A stretch of DNA of 64,000 nt from Psammoneis japonica (lineage: Eukaryota), in assembly GCA_008632985.1 (NCBI GenBank), contig QPGO01000045.1:248001-312000 (forward strand). The letters are read 5' to 3'. The position numbers were made by a program, and so were the translations under genes. Under the pieces are notes generated by a model. It saw nothing but the letters and a program-made list of their open reading frames with translations, ran no database searches and had not been told where the DNA came from. Shown piece by piece: positions 12,051 to 25,647 of this stretch. The number at the start of each line of letters is the position of its first letter. Within the stretch, counting starts at the first letter, position 1.

Positions 12051-14439
12051 CGCGGGTGTCATTTGGCAGCAGAGGCACAACTCTTTTAAATGCCAAGGAA
12101 TGTCTTCTCATGTTGTTTGCTCGTTGTGTCTCGAGTCCACCACGGCCTTCAGCGCACAGGGTCGTGATGCCGATCACGACCAAGAGGAGATTTGGAACAA
12201 AATTGTCAATGCTTCCACTTTTTCGGTGTGATGATCCCCCGACTGAAAGTGCGGGAAGTGGCGTCAGCCTGACTGCTGCAAGTGCAAGAGCTTCTCGGTC
12301 GACGATGGCTCAAACCTCCAACACAAGTTCTCCAGACAACAATGTCGTGGTCATGGACAGCGGGTGTGACTTGCATGATGAATCGTTTCCAAAGCAATTT
12401 GACACCGGCCCAATTTCACGTGAAGAGTGCAATGAGAAAATGCAGCAACTCAGAGAACGCTTGGACAAGTGGAAATGCGGAAGAGCGACTGTTGCGATTC
12501 TAACCGTTGCCTTGTTTGTTCTTGTTGCCTTTTTGTGGCCTGCTTTGCTGCCCATTTTTGGAGCAGCCCGCTGTTTGATCATCCTGGGTGCATCGCAGCC
12601 ATGGCTGTGACCATCACTTCTGCATTTTGCCTCCTCCATCAGTGTTCACGACGGGAATCGCAGAAGCCAGTGGCAGATGTTGAAGACTTGCATCAACTCT
12701 GGAGAGGCCGAGGCGTCCACGTGACAATGAAACGACATGCAAATGTCGCCCAATCAATCCCATGTGCACAACGTTCATCAAGAGCAACACATGGAGGCAA
12801 CCCACATCTGGGTCAAATTGTCGTTGCATGTCATGACACCAATCGATGAAAATGAGGAAGATGCGCAAGACAATGCAAGTGTGGGAACAATCATGACTGA
12901 CGCCAGCCGCCAGAGTGGAAGCGGCAAAGCAAATGAGGAGGGAGAGGTGAATGTTGCAGATGATGTCGTTTGGAAGCAGTGTGTTGCGTCGTTGCGTGTT
13001 GCGCAAGCAGCAGCTTGGATTGACTGAAGCTTTTCGAAAAGTTCGAGCCATGAAATCATGAGCGTTGATTTTAAATGGCACGTTTTGTGCTTCACGCACA
13101 GGAGCCTCGGGACATCCTTTGAAGCCGTGCAAGCCCGCCTTGATGTGCTGCAGCCCCACTGGAGTAGAACTCACCACACAGCGGACGCCATCTTTCACGA
13201 GAGCAGCAATCGGCAGCTGTTCTTTAACTGAATCGGAGTCACAGGATGGCATCTGTTTTCCAACTGAATCGTTGCTCTAAAGTGAGATCAACGGCCAGCA
13301 TGCGCGCTGGGTACAAAAATGGGAACGTTTGCAAGAGTTTCGCATGGAAGGACTCACGATGATAAAATGCTACACAGAAAATGGTCTCTGACGGCAGGTC
13401 CAGTTTACGAAAAGGATTCATGCTTTTCGACAAACCAAGCAACAACAACGAGCACAGCTTTCCATCTCAGTTGCTTGTCCTTGATCCGCATGGCAACTTG
13501 AGCTGCGCTTTCACTCCGATTTAAACGCCACAACAGAACACAGATCTGCAGAGCATTTCAAGCAGTTTGGAAGAAAGAGAGCCCGTGAAGCAAGGTGGCA
13601 AAACATGAGAGGGAGATCTCGTTCAGGAAGCCTTGCCAGCCAAATCCATTTCTTGCCGTCAAGCATGATGATCTCATCACTCTTGCAAAAGACACTGCAA
13701 CTGTCAATGGCACCGGAACAAAAGAAAATGGCGAGTGTCTCTCGCAAGATCTTTTGCTTCATTGAAACCAACCACAATTTTTTTTATAAAAGCACTTGGC
13801 AGCCTCAAGTTGGAGCAGTCCTTTGACATTGAACCTCAATTCCATGGATGGACGGTTGTCTTGTTGTTCTCCTGAACCGTTGCTGGCTCATGTCACGACA
13901 ACAAGAAGCCACCCACACAAAATGCTGATGATTCTTCCGCCTCAGTGTCATCACATTGATTTTAACTAAGATGGAAGGGTCACAGAGTTTACTTTCCATG
14001 CAGCCGACCAAGCCCAAGGAACAACTGAGGGCTTGCGGTGAAGCGATTGCCTTTTTGTTGTGGAGTTGGCAAACACTGCCACCGTTTCCTGAGGGCAAAC
14101 AATGCAGAAGAGTCTTGGGTGCCATCTTGCTTCCTCGATTGGTTGTTTTCTGCAAAATGCATGTCTCGCAAGCAAGAACAGTTGTGGCAGAAAAAAGCTT
14201 GAGCTTGAAATGATCGATCCTTGCATTCTGACTTGTGTCGGAGGATGCATTGAAGTCTGCTGCGCATCCTGGGCCATCAGTTTGGCGGGGTTGGCAGATG
14301 CTTTTGCAGCATGAGGTGGGGTGGACTGGTGGACCACGACGACTTTTGAACTTTTGTTGCTGGCAAGAGTGAGTGCTGACAAATGATGCCTCTCCATCAC
14401 GTTTGTCGCTCGGTTGTCACAAAGGTGGGCGGTCGTGGC

Positions 14440-14960
14440 GGCAGGTGTTCGTTGAACTCCAACACAGCACACACGGTGGAACAGCGTGTTCTGGCAATGA
14501 TTGAGGTGTGGCAAGCCAGGATGGTTGCTCAATGACAAGTCATTGCCACTGGATGACACTCATGCACAGCGCATGTGCCACAAGCCCAATGATCCACATG
14601 CCCCCATCCATGTTGATCAAATTACGGTCTGAATGGTTTGGCCTCTCATCTGACTGCAAGAGGCCCGGGCTCCACTGAGAGCACCCATGTCGTCCCTTGC
14701 ACAACAGCTTTGTTGCCCTCTCTGTCACGTTCGTTGTTTGGTTCTCACAAAGTTGGGCCATCGTGGCAGCAAGTGTGTGTTGAACTCCAAAACCAGCACA
14801 CACGGTGGAACAGCTTGCACTGGCGCATGTGCCACAAGCCCAATGATCCACGTGCCCCTGCCCTGTGCAGCAAGATCCATGTGTTGAGCAAATTACGGTC
14901 TGAATGGTTTGGACTTGCATCTCACTGCAAGAGGCCCGGGCTCTGCCAAGCGCCCATGTC
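14440..14960. repeat. Degenerate internal repeats in TpA-depleted block
   Basis: ttgaactccaa..cagcacacacggtggaacagc at about 14452 and 14780; gcgcatgtgccacaagcccaatgatccac...aattacggtctgaatggtttgg...ctgcaagaggcccgggctc at about 14569 and 14823. Confidence 0.75.
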
Positions 14961-16299
14961 ATCCCTTGGTCGCAAAGGTCGAACTCCCCAGAGATCGCTC
15001 AGTGACTCCCATCTGCCACTCGGCACATTGCCTTGGTCTCTCGTGCAAGCAGGGTCCCATCAAACTGACTGCACCTGATGCTTTTCGAAGAGGTGGGTCA
15101 CGTGCTGGGATGCGCTCTGCTGCTGGCGCAGAAGAAGACCTTGTTCATGATGCGTGCACATGTGAGTGTCACTTGGCTGCCGCAACTCTCTTCTTTGTAA
15201 GTCAAGCTCCGTCTCTTTCCAGCTTGTGTCTTTCCTTGATGATGGCAGTGTGTTTTCTGCCGAGCAACGGGCACATGTGTGTTGTTTTGACGCAAAGTGC
15301 TCAAAACTAGTTGCACACCGTGTGGTCAAAGACAGCAAGAGGCAACCCTTGATCAAAATCTTTGTTCCATCACATTGGCATGAGCCGCCAACTGCCACGG
15401 TCCAAAGTTGAACTTGTTGTTTTTCCTGAACGCAAAACTCGAGATTGGAGTCCTCGTCTTTGCCCTCTCTTTTGGACACAGTGTGACTGCTCAAACCATG
15501 CTGTGCTTTTGGCACAACTTGCTGTGAAAACTGGTGCAAGATCCAGTTTCAAACAATGGACGACATGCATGTGGCAGCACTGGTGGTCTCATGCTGACAC
15601 TGCATGAGATCATGCAGGAAAAAGTCGGCGACTTTCATGTCTGTCATGGACAGGAAGTGAGTGATTTTTCTTGCTGGCAAACAAGGTGAGCCGCAGATTC
15701 ATGCTGGTGCCAGTTGTTGTGGAGATGGCTGCCAAATTGCCCCAAACATCAAGCACCCATGGAAAAGCATGCAAATGATCTGGGACACACGAAGCAACAA
15801 TTCATGAATCTGAGGAAGGATCTCCAAACTGAGCTTGCTCCATCGTTTCTTGCCAGCTCTGCACAAGATCATTGCTTTGCAGATCTGAGTTGGCCAATGA
15901 TGACTGCAGTTGCATCAATCGCAGAAAGATGCCATCCGCACGGCAGTTGTCATGATGATCCACCCAAGCAGCAGAAAGAGGAGCCATGACAATGTCTGCC
16001 ATGTCATCATCGGAAGCAACTGGCGGGGATTGGCAGGCTCTTGGAGGACCAGCCAAGGTTTCTTTCCATGCAGAAAATCTTGTTGTGGACTGGTGCTCTG
16101 CTCCATCATCCCAAAGAACAGTCCTGTCATCCCCCGTTTGCACACATGACTGAGCAAGCCTTGATGGCACCAACTGAATCAAAGGGCACCAGCAACTGTC
16201 CATTGTTGTCCTTCAGTTTTTCAAGGAAACAGAGCTGGCATCTCCAGGGACTTGTCAAGAATTTTCTCATCATGCTTGCACTGTTGTGCAGCTCAAATG

Positions 16300-19130
16300 C
16301 AGCATTGACTGTGATGCTCCTCCAGGCAAAGGCATTGCACACTGGCGTCCCTTGGTTGCAAGAGTTGCTGTCAATCTGGGTGAAAAAAACACGGACACTC
16401 TTGCGGACTCTGTCATGTTGTTCACCCCCAAGGCATTGTGCACACACACAGCAGAGCAAACATTGCCACCAAGATTGTTCCTGGTCAGGGTGCCCCTCAA
16501 AGCATTGAAAAACCTGTTCAAAAACTTGACAATCTCATGGAAGAAGATGTGGGTTGCCACCAGGTGCATCAGGGGTGTCCATTTGCATCTGCTGCATCAT
16601 GCATCATTTTTTGTTGGCGCCACACCATCATGTGCAAAACCTTTGTTGCTTTCTCTGGAGAGAGTTTGGAGACAGGTGTCATCACCTTGAGCAGGATCAG
16701 TGCTGGGTGACAGATCTGTGCCTGTGCTCTGTTTCTCAGATTGTTTGCTTTTTCAGGTCTGAGTTGGATCTCTTGCAGTGTCCACATCCTTGTGTTGAGA
16801 GGCCCTCCAAATCAAGCCTCAATGACACCTGCTGCAGCTCTTCATTTTCTGTCACATTGACTTGAGCAAATCTCTCAATGTGATGCCAGCAAGCTCTGCA
16901 TTGGCATTGGTGTGTGTCCACCCCCAATCTCAGCACTTGACAGTTGGACAGGTGGGAATGGACCAAGTCGAAACATGCACAACGAGAAAGGGTCATGAGC
17001 CATTGGCATCGCCAAAAGATGGTTGTCTCTGATGTTGAGCTACAAACGTGATTGATTTTAGCTGCAGGGGAGTTGCGCAGTGCAAATGGACATTGCACCT
17101 TGACATGCCCAACCTGTTTGTGTGCTTTTCTTCCTTCACCTGGCCATGTGTGGTTGTGCCTTGCAAGAGATTGCCAGCAGCATTGTTTTGCAAGTTCAGT
17201 CTGCACATGCAGAAGCTGCGCTTGCTGTTCACTGGTCCAGTGCCATCACTGCACTGGTTGGATGGAGCTGTGTCATTGGAGCAGCAGCTCAAACTGCTCA
17301 CTCTGCAGTTGCAGCTTCTGGGGCCAATCGTGGTGCCAAGCCAAACCACAGCAAGCCCTGGAACCACTGCAAGACCACAACTTGACAGCTGTGTTTTCTG
17401 GTCTTTGTGCGCATTCCATCCATTGCAACTCTTTCCAATCATGGCTTGCACCCCGCAGCAATTGAGTCACAAGTTGAGGCACATTGCCGTTTGCACCATG
17501 TGTCAAAACCAAAGCCCCCCAGAAAACCAAACCAATGTGTCAACCTCTTCATGACAATGGCAGAAAAAGATCCCCCATGAAAAAGACACATCCTCAACCT
17601 CGCAAGACCCAAATTCTCACTGCCAAATTGCTGGAAGCAGCCCCATTTTCCCACTCTTCCTCCCTCTCAAGCTGACCCTCTCTGTGCCACCCTCTCATGC
17701 CTTGACACTGAAAATGATTCATCCTGCAGCTCCAAACTCACCTCTGGTGTGTCTGCTTCCTTGGTCAACCACTTGGTTCACAAACTTTTGCTGGCTCCTT
17801 CTTCTCTGCCACCGCTTCCACCCTCTCCAACAAGGTTGACATGCTCCTCTCTTGCCTTCATGACAAGCAAACTCAAGCTCAACTTTTCAAGCATTTCTTC
17901 ACTCCTTCCTCTGTCCATCTACTTGGCACCAACTTTTGCCACAGCTTTGATCCCAACAACCCACCCAATCCCTTCCTCTGGCCCTCCTCCTTTCAAGACT
18001 TTCTTCTTGCTGCTGCTCACTGATTTCTCCACTCTGTGCCACCTCCCACGCTGCTCCTCTCCCCAATCACCACTCCCTTGCCATTGCCCTCCTTCCTGCT
18101 TTGCTTGGGTGCTTTGGTCTTCATGATCCAGCAGCTGCTGCCACCCCTTTGTTTCTGATCTCACTCCTCCTCCGCCCCCTCTGCTTTGCATCTTGCAGCA
18201 TCCAGCTGCCGTCAGGTGCTGCCGCCACCCTTCCTTGCTGCTTTGAGCTCTCCCTGTCTGCTTGGAACAACCCCCCCGCTCAACCTTGTGTCTTTGTGTG
18301 ATCTTCCGTTGCTGTTCCCCTGCTCTTGCTTCTGCCCCTGCCCTTTCTGCCTCCTCCCTGGCTGCCCTTGTCAAGTCGGCCACTCTTCCTGGCCTGGCCT
18401 GGCCTGGCCTGCCATCAACATCATGAGCACCAGCAACAAATCATTGCTTCTGCTCTTGCCAATGCTCCCTCTGACGTGCAAGTCTCTCTGCCTTTGCTGC
18501 TGTCCCAGCTCACCAGCTCACCACTTCATTCTCTCTCTCTCTCTCTCGCCACTCCAAGAGCTCTCATCTCACTTCTGATGCCTGTGTTGTTGCCACCCAG
18601 TGAAAACCCAATTCTTCCTTCCTCCCTTGCTGGTGTGCCTTGTCCCTGTGGCTGTGTTGCTTTGCTCAACAATGACAGCATCTTCCTTCTTCCTTTCTCT
18701 GTCAATCACCTCTTGGCAGCCTTGGATTCTTTGCCCATCACATCCTTTTTTGCTCTGTGCATTCATCTGCTCGCTCTCTACCCAAGCCTCCCTGGTCCTC
18801 TCCCTCTAATCTTTGCTGCTCTGATGCTTCTTGCTCTGCTTTCCTCTGTGCCGTCATCTCCCTCTGCTCTCCTCCCATCTGCTGATTTTGTGTGGAATCA
18901 CCTGTCCACTGAACGCTTTGGCACTGCATTCCGCACCACTTCTCCTTCTCAGTGGGCCATTCAAACCCTTGGTCACAGCATTGTCCTTCCCCTGCCTTGT
19001 CCAGCCCTTCTGCCAAGCGCCCCATGTCCTGCACTTGCTGCCCACTCTTGTCTGCCATCACTGCAGCTGTCTCCGTGCCCCTTCTGCTGTCCCCTTTTGC
19101 TCCACACAGGCTCTCTAACTCTGCACTTAG
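16300..19130 (+). mobile_element. Putative relic of a CRE/R2-like non-LTR retrotransposon (RT plus restriction-like endonuclease)
   Basis: Degenerate RT-like motifs occur in the expected order: GIAHWRPLVARVA, LKNLFKN, VHQGCPF, GWS..GAAAQTAHSA. The C-terminal region reads LLPFSVNH and FRTTSPSQWAIQTLG, and the strand is pyrimidine-rich. Heavily mutated; family assignment is from motif memory only. Confidence 0.4.
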
Positions 19131-19177
19131 TTTAAAAACGTGCCAAATGAAAATGCACACAAAACACAAACAAGAGC

Positions 19178-19719
19178 AATGTCAAGCATCAGCCGCACAC
19201 CCAGCACCCGCACCTGTCGCCATCCAACCATGAACTTCAGCACCGAGTTCCTTTCCCTCCCCAAGGACAAGAGGCAGCTCTTGCTGGAGATGACCAAGTT
19301 TCTTGCAGAGTGGAGTAACAACCCGGTGCTGAAACACTCAACACAACGCATTGATGCCACACGTGATCACTTTCGTCACACCCAAGAGTGAGCTTCTCGC
19401 GTGACACTGCCTGCTGCTTGTTTCTGTCCTGCTGATTCATTCTAACATCTTGACATTTGCTGTTCTCCATGGAAGGGTGAGCGAAGATAAAGGAGAGAAG
19501 CTCAGTCAGGACTTGACGGAAGCCAACGAAGAGGTGGCCGACACGGAGGCTGAAATCGAGGCTCAACAACGCGAGTTGTCTTGCGGCCAAGCGAAGCATG
19601 ACTCGTTGCGCGACAAGCTTGCTGGCCGCAAAGATCGCGCTGCTTCAGCCGCTGGAGGGTGTGAGGATTGGAAGCAAGAACACATCAAGTTGACTCGCGA
19701 GCGGGAGGCGTGCTTGTGA
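19178..19719 (+). pseudogene. Tyr-free coiled-coil ORF relic with apparent intron
   Basis: MSSISRT...RHTQE, a gtgag donor near 19388, then an E/K/Q-rich heptad-like segment ending in TGA at 19719. It lies in a TpA-depleted block and its identity is unknown. Confidence 0.3.
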
Positions 19720-19741
19720 CATCTGGGTAAAAACTCACCCA

Positions 19742-21939
19742 GGGAGTTGCATGAAATGTCAAAATTTTCGTTTTTCCCTGCAAAAACGCACAGAATGTCA
19801 GAGAGACCTGCCTGCACGTGAGTGCCGCCACAGTCTGCACGATGCTGCGAAAGTTTGTGCACTTGCCACCAAAACGCTGCTCGCACTTTTTGCCAGGGGA
19901 CATGCCACAGACACACAATGTTGCATTTGGCTGCAGGACAAATCCTGTGTTTTTGGGGCTCTGTTTGATTTGACAAAATGTCGAAATTCCATGGAAGGTT
20001 TCTCAACAATTGCCTTTTTTCCCAACCAGTGCTGAGACAAAATGCCCCCAGAAATGCAGGTGGTTGTGTCTTCACCAGACCCCGCCAAAATTTCTCGTTG
20101 AGAAGACAACCCACTGGATGGAATGAGAATGTTTAAATGATGTTGCACAGTGCGTGAAAAATGACAACCTGCACTCACTCAATTGGGTTGGCATGGTGAC
20201 ATCAAGCACTGAAATGAACGACAAAACGGTGCGATAATCGATGATGACGACACCTTCTATCGGTGCCTGCCTGTGCGCTCATTTTCTACTGTATTCAAAT
20301 TTGTATATCCATATATACATCATAAGTAGTTGCCATGAGCACATCACGTTGTCGGTCACGGCGTTTCTGCACGCATGATGATACGCATGGCACCGTACGA
20401 CTGCAAGAGACGCCGTTGAGTTCCCTTCTCGATCCCGAACTCCGATTTGAACCAGTCACGACTGTCTCAACCTCATCGCTTCGTGCGATAGTACAATTTC
20501 AAATTCAAACCCGCCAAATAGCTCCAACCGCCAAAACCAAAAAAGGCCTCTTGGGGGGGACTGGGGCTAGAGACTATTTTGGATTATTGTCGTTCAAGAT
20601 TCCCTTGCATGCCGTTCCAAAAGCGTTCCAAAAGCGTTCCGAGAACGTTCTCATATGCACTAATTCGCGCGGAAATCAAACTTTGGAGCCGGTCAATTCG
20701 CCAATGAGACATATGATGCATTGTAATTAGTGCACTATTGTTAGAACTATTTGAGTATGGCACAATAGTGTAAAAGTTTAACAGATTATATGGATTTATT
20801 GCAAAAAGGTGCACCCGTCAAAACAGGTTTCTATTTTCTCTAAGAAAAAGAACGGCTGGTAGAAGTCTCAATAATTTTGAGTTACAGTGGCTGTGAGTTG
20901 AACTATAAGGGTGTGTTGTAACCACTGGTATTGTTTGACAATAAACCACATCTATAACAACCGCCAATAGCTCCAACACGGAAATACCATTCGACGAAAT
21001 AGGCATTTCGTCATTCCCGTGTTTCCACCGTTCCGGGACCGTACCAAAAGCGTTCCGAAACCGCACCAAAAGCGTTCCCGAAGGGAATCTCTCTAAAAGG
21101 CCTAACATCAAAACATTGTTTTTAGACGTTGGAAACGAATGAGAACCCTGCCCGATAATACATGGAACCATCAATCCACCTACGGCAACAAAAACACTGC
21201 TGTATGGCAACAGCGCGGTGTCAATCATTTTAGCATAGTGTAAAATATCAAATGCGCAACACACGACTGTACTACTCACCATGCAAATGCGCCTGCCCAG
21301 AGCCACAGTAGATTGTCTTGCAAGGACAGTCATTCAGAGGCAGACAAGATCGGAATGGATTTGGAACCAATGGGTTCGCGTCATACTTGAGCACTTTGCA
21401 GGACATACAGTAGTGTGCGAGTTGTGGGGCCTTCTTCAAGATGAAGGCAACCTTTCTCATGGGTTCCTGCCCACTCACTTGTTGTGTGCCCTTGTTTTCT
21501 GAATCTGCATTGTTCTGAAACCATTTTGCCGGGAATCTGTGGTGGAGCACACGAAGACACGATAAGAAAATGGTTTTGTGTCGGAATAGAGTTAATTGTA
21601 AATCTGGACTTGTTGCGTACCATCATTCCAATCTCTTTTTGAAAATCAACGTACTGGCATTAGCTTCACCATCTTATCATCTTAGATTGACTGGTAACAC
21701 AGGTTTATGGATGATAATGGCATGCACGGTGACGGTGGACGGCACTGACTTTCGCTTCGCATCAACGAACCATCGCCGCGTTCGCCGTTCGACCCCATCT
21801 TCTATCTGGTGTCTGGTGTTCGCATAGCCCAAAATGCAACGTTTTAGGGGATGTGTAAAATGAATTATCGTCACGAAAAAACACGAAAAACCACGAAAAA
21901 CAGGGAAAAACGAAAATTTCGACATTTCATGCAACTCCC
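19742..21939. mobile_element. Putative non-autonomous TIR element (39-bp inverted repeats)
   Basis: 19742 gggagttgcatgaaatgtcaaaattttcgtttttccctg is the reverse complement of 21901-21939 with one mismatch (CA vs CG). Internal repeats ccaaaagcgttcc and aaccgccaa(a)tagctccaac are present. No TSD was seen. Confidence 0.6.
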
Positions 21940-22193
21940 AGCAGGATCCGCGAGGATTGAGTCGTCGAAACCGTCGAACTCTTGGGGAGCTCCGACTACC
22001 ATGCTACTGCCCGTACCGGTATGTTCAGTTCTGCTTCAATGTTGGGGGGCATGTCGTAAGGAAATGGATTTTGTAGAAGCTGTAGTCTGTAGAACAACTG
22101 CATATATTTACTAGATCTAGGCCTAGAGATCAAACCGAACACCTTCCAAAGTAGTCGTCTTAAAGATGTATATGCGTCCCAACGAATTCATCA

Positions 22194-22307
22194 AACATTT
22201 CCATTATTAGCGACAGGGAGAAACAAAAAGATACCTCCGCCGTCGTTGTTAACATTTCCATTTTTAGCGACAGGGAGAAACAAAAAGATACCTCCGCCGT
22301 CGTTGTT
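22194..22307. repeat. 57-bp tandem duplication
   Basis: aacatttccatt(a/t)ttagcgacagggagaaacaaaaagatacctccgccgtcgttgtt occurs twice, head to tail. Confidence 0.9.
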
Positions 22308-24106
22308 GACGATATCGGAGCGCTAGATTTTGTCCGAGATTGTGAATCGCCATCATTCTAGCATATACGAACATATCAATCGCGAGAGCTCTACAACAGA
22401 ATCGCCAAAGCTAGCAAATTCTCCATCAAATGATGAAGAATATGATTTCAGCCATTGGAATCCACCACCAAACCATCGGTAGAATCCGGGAGCATCTGTA
22501 ACTCTGCCTCGGTTGAACAACGTCATGGAGTCACTTCGATCGTCGTTTCAAATCGGATCGCCCTCCGGTGCCAAGTTTTCACGATACTATACATTGACAT
22601 GATAGGTCCAGGAGTTCACGTGCCAGTGATGACACTGCCTGGTTTGCACCCGACAAGGTGATAGACACGGGTACATCGTTGCTTGGAGGCGGAACATCCC
22701 GAAACCACTGAGTATACGTGGACGAAAACGCCTTTACTTCAACTTGATCCAAGGCTTGATTGGCTCCCGTGTCTCGATTCTCATAGGGGCGGTCGGCCGT
22801 CTGTAACCCCAAGGGTACACCATCCATTCCAGCGTCCTTGCCAACCGCGGTCCCACTCGACGTTGTGATTGCGGATCGCTTTTTACTGCTACTGTACGTG
22901 CATATCCAAGAGCACGAAATCAGGCAGCACGCTCGTCATGAACCGACGTGGCATGGACAATTCTAACATCGCATTTGCCAACATCTTTTCCCAATTCCAA
23001 AGCCTTGTCCGTCGTGCTATTCTTTCAAGATTGTGTCAATCAGTCTGTCAAACGACATTTCGGCTCAATCTGCAAAGCCTCGTTCATATCATGGAGCAGC
23101 TCGACCCAGTCCGGTCGTTCGAAACCATGTTTGGTCTCTTTGAGAACACCAGACACAAGCAAGGCGTCTACTTGCGGAGCGTCCAATAAATTGTCGGTAT
23201 CCCATTTTATCGCCCAATTTGGTTTCCCACAGAGACATGTATCTTGTAAGAGGCCCTCGGCTTTTGTCGTGACATTGTCTTTTGATGATGCTACGTTTGT
23301 TCGAAACGGTGCGGCACCACTGTAATACATGAATTCGACTGTAACTTGCAGAGGAGCTACTTGACCGTGTGTACAAGAGATGGGATCGTGTACGATTCAA
23401 GCGAGCAGATACCTCGGCGGTCTCGGGGTTAACACCGTGCAAGGTTGAAATGGGCTCTTCTCCAATTCGAAAGCTTGGAGAAAAATTCAGCGAGGTCGAT
23501 ACGGACAGTAGCGTCGTGTTGCGGCATCTCGAAATTGTCGACGTTTCGCGGCGGTCTTTGTGCAGCTTTGTGAGTTCTCTTCTTGAAGGAGTATGATTAT
23601 GAAAAGCCGTACGACTTTCTGTTTGTTCTTTCTCTTCTTTAAGTCTCTACCAAGTCAACAAGGTAAACATGCCGTGTGATGAACTCCGCCGCAAATGCCA
23701 ATCAGGATTCGCTACAAAGAGCATACTCTCTAGTACGTGCCTCACAACAGCCATGACTTTCCGTTTGAATCAAGAGGACGCGGAAAGGACTTTAAATTTT
23801 GAATTCATTTTTCGCCGAATAGATTTTGTTCAACAGATTCCCGGTCAAGTTGCTACTCCTACGTTGTCTTTGTTCCGATTAATCAATGACGAGAAGGACG
23901 TAAAAAATGACAAATACAGCCGTAAACGTCGGTGCCGCAAGGATTGACATGATTGCAAGCGCTATTGACTGTTGTTGGACGGTGAATAGGGGCGTGATCA
24001 CTTGATTTTTTGTTGTTTTGTTTATTTCAATGCATGCCACGCTTGGATATGTAGAGATTGCAATCGCTATTCGAATGGTCAAGTGTAATGTACTGTACGT
24101 CCATCT

Positions 24107-25404
24107 TCATCTTGCAACGTACCGTACCATGTTGGGTCCAGCACCAACCATGGCATGTCCTCCAGGCGGTACGACTATCTCAAGCTGATTGGCTTTCAAT
24201 GTCTTTGAAAAGTACCCCAACACACAGTAAGCAGTGTCGGGCGGTTCAAATCCATCAAAGGCCGTACCCAACCCCAATCCACCGCCAAAACCGCCACATC
24301 CCAAGTTTGGAAACACAAGCCAGTCGTCACAATTGAGTGGAGGAAGCGTAAGCATGACTTGTCGGCAAACCCTGTCAAGGCCGTCGTCATTATCACTACT
24401 AGTCGTTGTCGTCTTGAGTGGCATGGGGCTAAACTCGTGTCCAGGTAATCCAGTGGTTTGTAGCGATCCGTAGCAACCGTCATCAATGTAGTAGTGCATG
24501 GTGCATGGTGTATCCAGTGTTGCAGTCCTGGCTCGTCTCGTTGTTGTCGGTACCACAAAAACACTCCTACTCTTGAAACCAATGATTCGAGTACACAAGG
24601 CCCGCATGACCCAACAAGTGACTCGCATCAATCGTGAGGGAAATACGAGGTAGTTCCAAAAGTTTGTGGAAGAATTCTTGTAGTGACCGAGTCAAGGCAT
24701 TGCCCCCACTGGGCGACAAACCAGTCACATCGATACGAAACTCTAGTTGTTGTTTGTCCGCATCATCACTGCAGATGGTAGTAAGCCGATATCAATCCAT
24801 TCAGTCGTCCTTGTAGCATTCCAAATGTAGACTAAGCCGTGCAATGTCGCATGGAGAGTGTGAGCAGCCGTTCGGATCGATTGAATCAAGTCCTCCCATT
24901 GTCGCTCGTCTCGTGGCAGCCGCAAAACGTATCCGCGTCCACCACAATCACTCCGTGTCGTTGTTGTCGTTGTAGTGTAGCCAGTGTTATGTGTGTTCAG
25001 TAGTGTATTGTGGATTCGTTTGACTTCCTCGGGTCCATCGACTGCAAAGCTATTTGTGAATTTTGCAATCCGTTTCAAATATCCATCCGGTTTTCTCGTG
25101 GCACCCATGTTGTCCACCACCAATCCATCGAGGCCTTGGGGACGAAATGGCGATGGAGACTGTGGAAGACGCGAGAGTCTGTAGTAGGCGTAGTAGTAGT
25201 TGGTGGCTTGTCATGATTGTTCATTGAGACTTTGTTTCCTGCTTTGTGATTCTGCTTCTGTTGTTGTTCCTGACGCCAAGTGGCCCAGCTTTGAGTAATA
25301 TTTTCTTTTGCAGCTGCACGACGAGTGGGTGAGGTCGATAAAGAATTGTCGGTAGGTCCTGCTCTTGTCGAGACGACGGCGCTGCTGGCTTTTGGCGACG
25401 CCAT
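24107..25404 (-). pseudogene. Ornithine decarboxylase / antizyme-inhibitor-like (group IV PLP fold) gene, frameshifted
   Basis: FAVDGPEEVKRI, YVLRL, HYYIDDGCYGSL, DGLDRV, LNCDDWLVFPNLG and TAFDGFEPPDTAY are spread over at least three frames. Confidence 0.7.
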
Positions 25405-25647
25405 GGTGTTACGCGTGCGGTATGTGGCGTGTCGGAGGGGAAGGCTGGATACCACGTTCTTCACACAAGAGAGGGGCATAGGCCAGATCTAGCTGATTGC
25501 CCCCCTCTAACAAGTTGTGGCGAAGCAAACAGATTGGAGCTGCGATTGGGTCCAGGTACGACGAAGCATTGTCTGGACCGAAACAATCAATTCTGTTGCT
25601 TATTGCTCACTCACACTATTGTTATCCTGTAAACTGAACTTTCCAGT

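Noticed and set aside
12230..13030. Erf4/golgin-A7-like membrane protein relic
   Set aside because: Only a weak resemblance (FPKQF..ISREEC plus a hydrophobic stretch); not enough to call.
10500..20230. Dense overlapping Cys/His-rich ORFs as novel metal-binding proteins (also in the other depleted blocks)
   Set aside because: Loss of TpA removes TAA/TAG stops and Tyr codons in all six frames, producing spurious ORFs. Recognisable motifs hop between frames.
22400..23600. Minus-strand gene fragments
   Set aside because: They look protein-like but are broken, and no family motif was recognised.
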